From IMG/VR virus record IMGVR_UViG_3300018018_000003, positions 1,959-65,958 of that record: a DNA stretch of 64,000 nt. The stretch is one strand, 5' to 3'. The translations under genes and the position numbers were made by a program. The notes under the pieces are model-generated. The model saw nothing but the letters and a program-made list of their open reading frames with translations, searched no databases and was not told the DNA's origin. Shown here piece by piece: positions 29,088-38,297 of this stretch. This stretch comes from a virus. Lineage: Duplodnaviria; Caudoviricetes. How positions within the stretch are numbered: the first letter of the stretch is position 1; each line of letters opens with the position of its first letter.

Positions 29088-30281
29088 TTAAGTTGTACTG
29101 TCAATTATCAGCCCTTTTGCAACAAGCGCAGCGATAAGACTTGTCAGAGCTGCATTCGATGCTTTTGATCCTGTCACGGTAAATGAAGTATTGGCGAGGA
29201 ACGCTATCGGTATGCATTGGAGTTTTGTACCTCCATTTTTAGTGAAGGCAGCATTATCAAGGACAGAGCCGTGATTGAAGAAAAAGTTTATAGTTCCCCG
29301 CCCGTAATTATTTGTATCCACAACTCCGTAGGCAAAATCATACCATAGATTCTGTGTGAAGTTTTCAACATTCAGGCACAAGGCATTTACTGTGCTTAAC
29401 CCTCCTGAAAATGTTATCTGGTTTTGGCAATAGTTACAACCGGCTTTAATGATTGTTGCCACCAGTAAATTTGGGCCCACTTCAATCCCATTGATACAGC
29501 CAAAAGAATATACATCATTCAATACCGCATGGTCTGTCATATAAAATCCGCTTGTAAGACCGCCTACTGAACAGTTCTCGATTATGTTTGATTGTTCGCA
29601 GTTTACTGCCGGAAGACATATCCCGACACAACGGTTTGTGGGGGAAGCACCATCAACCAATGTATTAGCCCAGGGGAATACCGTGCAGTTTTTAATGACA
29701 TTATTGCTACCCTCCAAGCATCCTATTCCTCCCACGGAAACCTTTTTATTGCCGTCAACCGCTAATTGTATCTGGATATTTTCGATCCATACATTATTGT
29801 AATTGAAGTTTGCGTATATGCTCGTGGAATTTCCTTGTGATGCAATGACATAGGAATTGGCAGTTGATGTTGTCTGGGTTGATCTTAATATAGTTCCCTT
29901 TGTTCCCGGTACAACATAACTCTCTATGGCATTATTGATTGTTGCCGATTGTGTCATATTAGGTACTTCTTCCCCGATCAACTTAATAGTTACCCTGTTG
30001 GTGTCAAAATCATTGGTAGGAATATAAAGTTGGCTATTCATATTCGTTCCTCCGACATTTGTTTGGAATGCCCCTGCTATCTTGTATATCCCCGCAGGAA
30101 AGTAAACGGTTCCACCTCCTCCTGTCACGCAGGCACTCAGTGCTGACTGTATCGCAATTGTATCATCAGTCGAATTATCATGGACTGCTCCATAATCAGT
30201 AACATCATAACATTTTGCTATGCTATTGACGGCTGCGTAAAACTGTGCAGGAGTCATCCCTGCTGCTATTGTTCTTGCCAT
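29088..30281 (-). CDS. tail spike/fibre with pectate-lyase-like beta-helix
   Basis: DVTDYGAV.D..TDDT.AIQ.A......GGGTVYFPAG.Y; ends with a VTGS...NAAL.SL..AL...GLI.D.T fibre motif. Confidence 0.75.
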   Translation of the reverse strand: MARTIAAGMTPAQFYAAVNSIAKCYDVTDYGAVHDNSTDDTIAIQSALSACVTGGGGTVYFPAGIYKIAGAFQTNVGGTNMNSQLYIPTNDFDTNRVTIKLIGEEVPNMTQSATINNAIESYVVPGTKGTILRSTQTTSTANSYVIASQGNSTSIYANFNYNNVWIENIQIQLAVDGNKKVSVGGIGCLEGSNNVIKNCTVFPWANTLVDGASPTNRCVGICLPAVNCEQSNIIENCSVGGLTSGFYMTDHAVLNDVYSFGCINGIEVGPNLLVATIIKAGCNYCQNQITFSGGLSTVNALCLNVENFTQNLWYDFAYGVVDTNNYGRGTINFFFNHGSVLDNAAFTKNGGTKLQCIPIAFLANTSFTVTGSKASNAALTSLIAALVAKGLIIDSTT

Positions 30282-30292
30282 ATTTTTTGTTT

Positions 30293-31906
30293 TTAACTAT
30301 AATTACTAAAGAAAGTGTTCCATATCCCCTGAAAAGTATTGAACTGGTTTTGTGTCATTGTAGCCCCCATCCAGTATAATTCAAGAACGACTGTGCTTAC
30401 GCACCATGCGGTAGCCCCTCCGTAATTTACAGCCAGCATATACAACTCCTGTGCCCCAGTCAGTGTTGCTGAAGCAATATTTGCATCCGTTGAATTTGAA
30501 TTGACCATCTGCTGGAAACTGCCCGCCACTGCCCTTGAAAGACAGTTATATCCAGCTGCAAATGCCACAGAGCCGACTCCTGCCGTTGTCGTGTTATTCA
30601 GTCTTGTATTGTTTGTCCCGAAATAATCACCCCATTCCACATTTCCGTCCGATCCCGGGACTGCCGAGAGCATCCCGTGATAATTGCCACCATTAGTAAT
30701 TGATCCCGAAACTTTAAAGCCAAAACAGGCACTATTCTGAACGAACAATACTCCGTTTGCTGCGGGATCGGGATTGTAATGGCTTCTTATATATGATTTT
30801 GTCCCATCGGAATGATCCCCTACATTATCGGTATGGGTAAGCGTCCCTCCATTGGCAACTCTCTCTCCATTGCAGGTTCCAGGGTTTATTATGTTCAACA
30901 TGGAACCCCCCAGACCGTTAGACCTCGGAACAACAAGCACATCAAACTGCGTACTCCATAGGCTTGCATTCTTTAATGCCTTTATTGCCGTATCCCATGT
31001 TGCTTTTTCCGCATCAGTATATGCAACCCCATCGGCAGAGAGTTTGGCTGCAAACAGTGCAAGCGAGGCGCTGTCATAAGCTGCCGGAGTAGTGGCATTG
31101 GCCGATGCACAGTAAGCGGAATATTGATTTCCCCCATTTACTGATATATAAGCCCTAAGACGATAATAGTATTTTGATGTGCCGAAACAAATGCTATCAT
31201 CAAACGAAGTTGCATTTGCAGCGAGTGTCTGGATGACAGTATAATTTGTTTCGTCAGTAAGGCTTCGTTCAAGCTTAAAACCGCTTTCATTTGAAGACAT
31301 ATCAGCAAATGTCCCCGATATATCAGTTGCGCTGTTTACAGTAAGTGCCAGGCTTGATGGTGCAGGAATCCAATATAATTTCTCTGCATCCCTGTTCCCT
31401 TTTGTATAGCCATGATTTGATAATACATTGCTCCACCATATAGACAGATGAAAATCATCACGCATCTTATTTTCCTTTGCGCTGCCTGAAGATTCGGTAG
31501 AGGAAAGGATCATTATGGCCGTTATAGTATAAGGAGAAACATCAAGATATTTGACTATTGTCCTTGTGAAATCATAAGCTATTAACCTGTTCCCATCTGT
31601 TGTGCTTTGTGTCCCGTCTATCTTCCACCAGCAATAATCGGTATCGGCATTCTTATAAGGAGTGGTATTCGGTGTAGTATAGACAGCATTAAGCCCCGAA
31701 CCGGTTACTGTGAGATAATCCGATGAACCGTTTACCTGGTTATAGAGTTTCCCTCCAATAACTTTATTGGCAAGAAGGTCAGTCGGGTCAGAAGCAAAGA
31801 ATATCACTTCAGACTGCGATTTCCAATAGCTGCTCCATGAAGCACCGGCACTACGACCAATGTTTAATTTATTGACATTTTTATTTAATATCCCAAGGCG
31901 ATTCAT
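30293..31906 (-). CDS. virion fibre/decoration protein with FN3 domain
   Basis: APS.L..., W/F.D.S.NE.GF.LERS, Y.YRLRAY...SAY...A.ATT; lectin-like C-terminal region. Confidence 0.6.
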   Translation of the reverse strand: MNRLGILNKNVNKLNIGRSAGASWSSYWKSQSEVIFFASDPTDLLANKVIGGKLYNQVNGSSDYLTVTGSGLNAVYTTPNTTPYKNADTDYCWWKIDGTQSTTDGNRLIAYDFTRTIVKYLDVSPYTITAIMILSSTESSGSAKENKMRDDFHLSIWWSNVLSNHGYTKGNRDAEKLYWIPAPSSLALTVNSATDISGTFADMSSNESGFKLERSLTDETNYTVIQTLAANATSFDDSICFGTSKYYYRLRAYISVNGGNQYSAYCASANATTPAAYDSASLALFAAKLSADGVAYTDAEKATWDTAIKALKNASLWSTQFDVLVVPRSNGLGGSMLNIINPGTCNGERVANGGTLTHTDNVGDHSDGTKSYIRSHYNPDPAANGVLFVQNSACFGFKVSGSITNGGNYHGMLSAVPGSDGNVEWGDYFGTNNTRLNNTTTAGVGSVAFAAGYNCLSRAVAGSFQQMVNSNSTDANIASATLTGAQELYMLAVNYGGATAWCVSTVVLELYWMGATMTQNQFNTFQGIWNTFFSNYS

Positions 31907-31921
31907 GAATATGGGATTTCG

Positions 31922-32230
31922 TTACTGACCAAGGGTGGCTATCTGTGCTATGCCACCATATATTGCCACCAAGTCGCCATTACTACAGGGTTGATAGATG
32001 TCCTGCTGATCGGCAAGATAATGCCCCAATGTGGCTGATGATGTGGGATTTGATCCTATGAGGAAGTAAATTGGCCCCGTGGTGGCGACAATCCTGACCG
32101 CAGTGCCGTTGATAGCTATACTCTGCGTTGATGCGACTGTCCCATTAACACTCTGTGGATCACTCAAGGGGATTAATCCGGAAGGGGTATTATTCAAATC
32201 CGTTGCTATGTGAAATTTTCGGGCTGCCAT
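31922..32230 (-). CDS. small structural protein
   Basis: VRIVAT...Y...G.NPT....G.YL pattern found before fibre genes. Confidence 0.55.
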   Translation of the reverse strand: MAARKFHIATDLNNTPSGLIPLSDPQSVNGTVASTQSIAINGTAVRIVATTGPIYFLIGSNPTSSATLGHYLADQQDIYQPCSNGDLVAIYGGIAQIATLGQ

Positions 32231-32297
32231 GATATTATTATTTTAATGAACGACTACAATGAAAAACAACTTCAAAGATACAATTTCTATTTGACAT

Positions 32298-32332
32298 AAT
32301 AAAATGAGCCAGACTAGAAAATAATCTGGCTC
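32298..32332 (-). terminator. intrinsic terminator
   Basis: GAGCCAGA/TCTGGCTC stem followed by ATTTTATT on the minus strand; a TATCTTTG -7 element follows at 32273-32280. Confidence 0.6.
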
Positions 32333-32365
32333 GAAAACAAAGAATCAACTATGAAAGAGGAATTA

Positions 32366-33259
32366 TCATTTCTCTACTGGTATCTTATTGCTTATAAGGG
32401 ATGCCTGTACGTCATCACGGAAGTCCTCACTGCCCTTGTAATAGTCATATAAGGCCTCTGTATTATTGGATATGCTTGCCGGTACCTTGCATATAAAGAC
32501 ATCCTTTCCCCCAGGGACACTCCAATACCATGATTTATTATTTACATTAAAGGTCACGAGCTTGCGTTCTTTCGTGATCTTATATATGGATGCACGGGTC
32601 TTGATCTCGTCTTCGGCATTGATCCTGTCGAAGAACTTATCCGGCCCGTCCTTCGTGCTGAATATCTTATCAAAGAGCATAGCCTGTATCTGAACGAGTT
32701 CCTTGTCCTCTATGTCCATGAAATATCCCTTGGCTATATCCCTTTGTCTTTCTTCGGTCAGTGCCAGTTCGCCAAGAAGAAGCGAATCTACCTTCTGCTG
32801 AATTTTTCTCTTCTCCATCTTCTTCTCTGCCTCTGTCACGAGGTCTTCAAAGGTGAATTTTGCCCTTGTATTAGGCTTAAAGTTATCTCCCACAAGACAG
32901 AACCTTGATTTTCTCAAAAGGAAAAAGATTAGTTCTATATCCGTGCGTTCAAGAAATCTCGAGCCTTCTAATATAAAATGAGTGGGGAGGTATTTCTTAT
33001 TCCCTCGATCATCTGTAATGATATTCTCCACATATCTCCATGTCTCGCTGCCCGTATTGGTATTAACGGTACTCCTGAGAGGAATGGCTATTGATGCGGG
33101 TTTGTCCGGTAGCCGATTATGTTTCAGTCTGCTTGGCACTATCCGGTCTGGAGGGTATTTCACCTTCACCGGGAATTTGCCATGAAAAAACTTCTCTATC
33201 GCCTCAATCTCTTTCGGGAATCGGGATAGTTCAAAGATCACATCATTCTTGTATAACAT
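32366..33259 (-). CDS. conserved protein downstream of the major capsid gene
   Basis: position after MCP; start moved to MLYKND, below the post-MCP hairpin. Confidence 0.6.
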   Translation of the reverse strand: MLYKNDVIFELSRFPKEIEAIEKFFHGKFPVKVKYPPDRIVPSRLKHNRLPDKPASIAIPLRSTVNTNTGSETWRYVENIITDDRGNKKYLPTHFILEGSRFLERTDIELIFFLLRKSRFCLVGDNFKPNTRAKFTFEDLVTEAEKKMEKRKIQQKVDSLLLGELALTEERQRDIAKGYFMDIEDKELVQIQAMLFDKIFSTKDGPDKFFDRINAEDEIKTRASIYKITKERKLVTFNVNNKSWYWSVPGGKDVFICKVPASISNNTEALYDYYKGSEDFRDDVQASLISNKIPVEK

Positions 33260-33274
33260 AGCTTTTTTATTTAA

Positions 33275-33296
33275 GGGAGGGAACTGAATCCCTCCC
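33275..33296 (-). terminator. hairpin after the major capsid gene (leaky terminator or mRNA stabiliser)
   Basis: 8-bp stem GGGAGGGA/TCCCTCCC with a weak U tract. Confidence 0.55.
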
Positions 33297-33312
33297 ATGG
33301 TTTATACTTAAA

Positions 33313-34689
33313 TTAAGCACTTTCGAGCAAGACGAACTGATTTCCGCCACGGAAATGAGCTCCTACATGGCATCTCTGATAGGTATTCACCTTATCAAAT
33401 TCTGTCACCTTGAGTCCTTCGCCTGCGCCACCGACTTTCCATACTTCCATCCTTCTGGAGTATTTTCCAAGAGCCCTGTAACGTGTTCCTATGGAGTCAA
33501 CCATGTTACCCGATACGGGATCTTTCTTTTTGTTGATAGGCATGAAAAGGCCAAGTTGATTGGCTACATAACCGGTGGCACCTTCAATCTGCGGGTTATT
33601 GAACGTCCCTAATGTCTTGAACAGGAATGTCCTTTCCGATTTTGTCAGATATGAGAAGTTGACTGATGCAGCCAGTGACTCATCCCTGTGGAAGAGAACA
33701 TCATTGACGGCTTCTTTTGCAAAGACGATATTCGTATTTGTGAAGTAAGTCTTCAATGCGTTTTCAATGTCCTGTGTGAGAGACAATCCTGTTAACACTA
33801 ATATGTAGTTTCCTGCAAAATTACGGTCAAGGGTGTTTGCCGTAGTATCGAACTCAGTGACATTGAAGTTCCCTACGGTATAGGTCTGTTCGTTACCAAT
33901 TCTCCTTACATAAGGGATAGCGCCTTCGGTGAATTTAACAACTCTTCCTGTTACAGGATCGGTTATTGAACCATCACCACGTCTTCCCCATAAGAGAGCA
34001 CCGTCAATCTTGAGTGCCATACGGTAGTCAATGTCTATCTGTCCTTTGAAATAAAAGGCAGGTATTGACTGTCCTTTGCTCGTCACATCAAACCAGTCCT
34101 GACTGGCCATCTCTGTACCGGTATAACCAATGCTTTCCTTTATGATCTGAGCATCGTTATCATATTCCCATGTGCCAGAGAGTGCTGAATCGGGCTGTCC
34201 TGATCCTTCCGAGAAGGCTGCCGTCCTGATTACAAGTGTCTCGCCCGCCGTTATTGCAGGAATATTGTCCATTGCATTGACGGGCTGTATTGTCAAGACG
34301 GGTGCCGTAGGCACTGTGGTCTTGTCAATAGATATGATCTGTCCCATGACTTCATTGGGGAACATAACGACATCCCATCTGCGGGGATAAAAGTTATTGT
34401 TCGCATCAAGACATGACGGATCGAGTGTTACATTCACTGTTGCTCCGGCTGCGCCTGCGGCCACAGCTCCAAGTGAAACAAAAGTTGTATGGATATGATT
34501 TTCTTCATAGTGTCCATACGTGTCTCCCATCACCGGTTCTTCAAATCCCATGGATCTGAGTAACTGGAAGAAGGAAGCGCCCTGATCACCGTACCTTGAA
34601 AAGAGTACGTTGAGTTTTTGCGGCTTGTGAATATCGAAGCCTGAAACTATATCAGAGGCATATATTTGTGCAATAGCATCTGGTCCCAT
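33313..34689 (-). CDS. major capsid protein
   Basis: 458 aa; RYGDQ, F.EGS.QP, N..QI.KE, T.G.IP, G....G.NQF as in crAss-like MCPs; order terL-portal-scaffold-MCP. Confidence 0.85.
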   Translation of the reverse strand: MGPDAIAQIYASDIVSGFDIHKPQKLNVLFSRYGDQGASFFQLLRSMGFEEPVMGDTYGHYEENHIHTTFVSLGAVAAGAAGATVNVTLDPSCLDANNNFYPRRWDVVMFPNEVMGQIISIDKTTVPTAPVLTIQPVNAMDNIPAITAGETLVIRTAAFSEGSGQPDSALSGTWEYDNDAQIIKESIGYTGTEMASQDWFDVTSKGQSIPAFYFKGQIDIDYRMALKIDGALLWGRRGDGSITDPVTGRVVKFTEGAIPYVRRIGNEQTYTVGNFNVTEFDTTANTLDRNFAGNYILVLTGLSLTQDIENALKTYFTNTNIVFAKEAVNDVLFHRDESLAASVNFSYLTKSERTFLFKTLGTFNNPQIEGATGYVANQLGLFMPINKKKDPVSGNMVDSIGTRYRALGKYSRRMEVWKVGGAGEGLKVTEFDKVNTYQRCHVGAHFRGGNQFVLLESA

Positions 34690-34755
34690 TGTGTTCGGTT
34701 TTAAATGTTAATACTAATAATGCCCCTTGTTATTACTGTCTGTCAAAAAAATGCG

Positions 34756-35925
34756 TTACCTCTTCATTTCTGCCTCAAATGCTCTGTCGGCCTTTTCCTC
34801 ATCCGATAGCTCCTTCTGTTGTGCAGGAGGCTGATCGTTGTTTTTGGATGAAGGATTGCTGTAAAGTTTAAGGTACTCCTCTTCTGTCATAGACCTTGCA
34901 CGTTCAAATATGGCGTGTGCGATCTTGCCCATATTAGAAAGTATCGTATCGGCATACATCCGTGTGGCTGCATTCTTAACATTTGCCTCATTGACTTCCA
35001 TCTGGTTGCCAACGACAAAATTAAGCGCATTGTCCATTAAGACCTTTTTTGCCTCCTCTGTCAATGCAAAGTTGGTTATAGGGTCTTTGCTGCCTTCCAT
35101 GAGTATAGGGATAGATGAGTATTCCTTTACTATGGCTTCATTAACTTTAGTCCATCCTTCTTTCTGAGCCTTCTCAATCTCAGGCGTCCATTTTGGTTTT
35201 ACTTCCGGAGGTAACTCTGTCGGAATCTCTGGCATCTTGATCTTACCCTTCAGCTCTTGAAGTCTAACCTTGGCTTTGTTCCCTTCCGAGTTCACCTCCA
35301 TAAGGTTATCATCAAATTCTTCCTGGGTAAGGTCTCCAGAATCCACTTTTGAATGATCCACATTGAATTTCCTCTCGAAACTCCTTCGTACCTGTGGTTC
35401 CTTCCCTGCCAATGTAGGGTCATCAACGATACGCTGCAAGACGAGAGCATCCATGGCATCCATGTTTGCTACTTCCGTAGCGTTTAATTTATTGAATATC
35501 CCTGCATCTTTTATCCCCGTCTCACGCACAAACTCATTGTATTTGGCAATGTCATCATTCGCGAAATTATGACGTGGTTTTGCCTTTACTTGAGTCTCAA
35601 GCTCTTGGTTCTTCTGTCTCAGTGTCGCCAATTCCTGAAGTTGGCCGGGTATATTTGCATTTTTAAAATCCTCCACCGTCTTGAACTGATCTCCCCACAT
35701 CTCGCGGAGCATGTCAGCCTTGATAGTCTCTGGACTTGGTACTTCTGTTTTAATGTCTTTTTTTACGGGTTCAGCCTTAATTGGCTCTTCCGTTTTTAAG
35801 GGTTCAGCCTTAATTGGTTCGCCACCTCCCCTCTTAGTCTTTATCTGTGCCGTGACTTTCTCTACGTCAATGTTATTGCCATCGAGTAAAGCGTCAATTT
35901 CATCATCTCTGCCGTCTTTTGCCAT
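34756..35925 (-). CDS. putative capsid scaffolding protein
   Basis: acidic, helical 389 aa protein between portal and MCP. Confidence 0.65.
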   Translation of the reverse strand: MAKDGRDDEIDALLDGNNIDVEKVTAQIKTKRGGGEPIKAEPLKTEEPIKAEPVKKDIKTEVPSPETIKADMLREMWGDQFKTVEDFKNANIPGQLQELATLRQKNQELETQVKAKPRHNFANDDIAKYNEFVRETGIKDAGIFNKLNATEVANMDAMDALVLQRIVDDPTLAGKEPQVRRSFERKFNVDHSKVDSGDLTQEEFDDNLMEVNSEGNKAKVRLQELKGKIKMPEIPTELPPEVKPKWTPEIEKAQKEGWTKVNEAIVKEYSSIPILMEGSKDPITNFALTEEAKKVLMDNALNFVVGNQMEVNEANVKNAATRMYADTILSNMGKIAHAIFERARSMTEEEYLKLYSNPSSKNNDQPPAQQKELSDEEKADRAFEAEMKR

Positions 35926-35945
35926 AGCTTTAAAATATTAGGTTA

Positions 35946-35976
35946 CAAATATACAAGATATTTTTATTTCTGCAAA
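35946..35976 (-). promoter_or_regulatory. Bacteroidota-type promoter for scaffold/MCP
   Basis: TTTG-N19-TATATTTG. Confidence 0.8.
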
Positions 35977-38273
35977 CTCTTCTCTGCCTCTGCGTTTGCA
36001 TGAGCCCTTCCTACTGTCTGAACAAGTCCCATGCTTCCCTTTAGCTGTATGAGTTCTTTCTCGCGCTCCTGCTCTGCCTGAGCATACTTCTCGTCAATCA
36101 TCTTCTTCCCTTCATAAAGCCTCAACGCCTCATCGGTCTTTACTTTCTCGGTTGCCTGTAATAGTTTTTCTTTTGCCTCGGCAGCCTGATTAGCTTTATT
36201 TGCGTCCAGCTGCATATTCTCCCTCTGTAGCTGTAACTGTTTCTCCTTATTCTTTTTGCTTTTCATATTAAGGAATGCCTCTGCCCATTTAAGGTTTCCT
36301 GCCTCGCATATCCTGTCTATCATAAGGAAGTCTGCAAGGTTAATGCCTGTTGAGCCGTCTTTATCAGGGGTGAGTGCCTGCATCGCCGCCTTCATAATGA
36401 CATCGCGCCTCTCATCGGTGGGCTTTGCCTCATATTTGATGTAATAATCGGCATCCACCACATCCGCACTTGCACTTATTATCCTTACTCCCATAGAGCC
36501 AAGTACGGGCATATATCCCTTATAAGCCTCTTTGTCGTGTTTTATAAGGAGTTGAATCCTGAGCGACATGTTCTTTGCCGTCCTTTCCTTGATGGTCAGA
36601 TATGCTCCGTAGATAGGTCTTAAAGCGTTATTTGTTGCCGCAAGAGCCATCTTTGATCCTGTCACCGGTGCTTTCGGATCAGGACTTGATGCATCAGCCG
36701 CCTGATTTATCCCCGTTATATCCCTTATCGCACCTGCATTGAACTCCCAGATGTCAATAAATTCTTTTAATTGAGGGCCAATACCTCCGACTAATTCCTG
36801 AATAGGCCGGAAGTTTGCCGGTACATTTGCTACTCCCTTATGTGTTGTGGATTTAAAAAGCAATGTACCTGTCTGTGTCTTTATCTTTATAAGGTCAAGA
36901 GGATCAAGTTTCTTGCCTCCAAGTGCCATGTTCTGTAATGAAGTAAATTCTATTGCAAGCCCTGATGGTGCCGCCATAGCGATAGCGTTCTGTAGCTTAT
37001 AGTACGCAAGGCACATCTGATGGATGAATGTCTCTGAGAGGCTCACAAGCGACCTGTAAGGCAGCTTATAGAGATGATAGGACAACTCCACTTCTTTCTT
37101 CCCCGGGCGAGGCACATCGAACTGCAGGCCGTCATCATAGATAAAGTCAGTGCCTATTATCCATTTAGCCTTATAGACGACTTTTATATCGAATTTCTGA
37201 GTCTTTTTCTTCTCCGAGTCCCTTACCTTTCCCCATTCCTCATCGAACAATATCGTTGTTCCAAACTGCGTCTTGCGTTTTGTCTTATAGGTGCTATTGA
37301 CGGACATCCATTCCGCATCCATCACATCCACGAGGAAAGTATCATAATTGGCGCAATGCAGTTCTGAGTTGTAAGTATATTCCCCAAGCCTTATGTTGCC
37401 TCCAATGCCATTGTATTCCTCTGCAAGGTTCCTTAATACTTCTTCTGGCAGTTCGGGGTTGAGCTTACGGAGGTCTGAGATAAGAACCCTTATCACTTCA
37501 CCACAATACTCCATATTATGACAATCCCAGAATCTTGAATACTGTCCTATGAATCGTGCCGGGTCAACATATCTTACTTTTACCTTTCGGGTGTATTGGT
37601 CGGTATAGTCTTTTGTTGCCAGGTACCCTATCTCACAGGCATCCCTGATGAGTTTCTTCTTCGTCTCTTTCCATTCGGATATATAAAAGGAATAATCGAG
37701 GGCTTCCTCTATCTCCATCTCCTTTGACAGCTTAAAGCCTCCCGCTCCGTCATATAACTCAAGTTCTTCAAGTGAATCGGGTATATACTCATCCGTCTTG
37801 TCCACCCCCATCGCATTATTGATATATCCAAGTATCTCCTTGAATTTCATGCGGTATTCCATATCCAAGCGGGCTTCCTCTTTCTCATTGGTGCTTGATG
37901 GGTCAACTGCCGTAGCCACCACCTGATGATCTGTCTGCTCAAGCATGCCTTCCACTATGCGAAGGAATTTAGGCATGATAGCCGGGACATCCCAATTAAT
38001 ATTCATATATCCCGTTGACTCGCCCTTGTCATCGCTCTCATCGAGTAGTATCTTCATGTATTGAAGAATATCCTGCCGTCCGGCTGCGAGATCCCTGAGT
38101 AGTTGAAACTCATCAATGAGGTCATAAGGGATGGCTGCGCGACCCTGTTTCCATGAAGCATAGATAGCTTCACACCATTTTCTCTTCCATTCCGTGTCCT
38201 TTAATTTAGGGTCTATGTCGTCCAACGGGAAGGGGCATGATGACGAACCGTATTTTAAAATGTTAAATGGCAT
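35964..38273 (-). CDS. portal protein
   Basis: 769 aa; R..A.G.Q....Y, NI.W....I.PKF, YVDP, IRD.TGIN...D.S.P, ATNNA; follows terL. Confidence 0.85.
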   Translation of the reverse strand: MPFNILKYGSSSCPFPLDDIDPKLKDTEWKRKWCEAIYASWKQGRAAIPYDLIDEFQLLRDLAAGRQDILQYMKILLDESDDKGESTGYMNINWDVPAIMPKFLRIVEGMLEQTDHQVVATAVDPSSTNEKEEARLDMEYRMKFKEILGYINNAMGVDKTDEYIPDSLEELELYDGAGGFKLSKEMEIEEALDYSFYISEWKETKKKLIRDACEIGYLATKDYTDQYTRKVKVRYVDPARFIGQYSRFWDCHNMEYCGEVIRVLISDLRKLNPELPEEVLRNLAEEYNGIGGNIRLGEYTYNSELHCANYDTFLVDVMDAEWMSVNSTYKTKRKTQFGTTILFDEEWGKVRDSEKKKTQKFDIKVVYKAKWIIGTDFIYDDGLQFDVPRPGKKEVELSYHLYKLPYRSLVSLSETFIHQMCLAYYKLQNAIAMAAPSGLAIEFTSLQNMALGGKKLDPLDLIKIKTQTGTLLFKSTTHKGVANVPANFRPIQELVGGIGPQLKEFIDIWEFNAGAIRDITGINQAADASSPDPKAPVTGSKMALAATNNALRPIYGAYLTIKERTAKNMSLRIQLLIKHDKEAYKGYMPVLGSMGVRIISASADVVDADYYIKYEAKPTDERRDVIMKAAMQALTPDKDGSTGINLADFLMIDRICEAGNLKWAEAFLNMKSKKNKEKQLQLQRENMQLDANKANQAAEAKEKLLQATEKVKTDEALRLYEGKKMIDEKYAQAEQEREKELIQLKGSMGLVQTVGRAHANAEAEKSLQK

Positions 38274-38297
38274 CTCTACTTTAAATTTCCCCCAAAG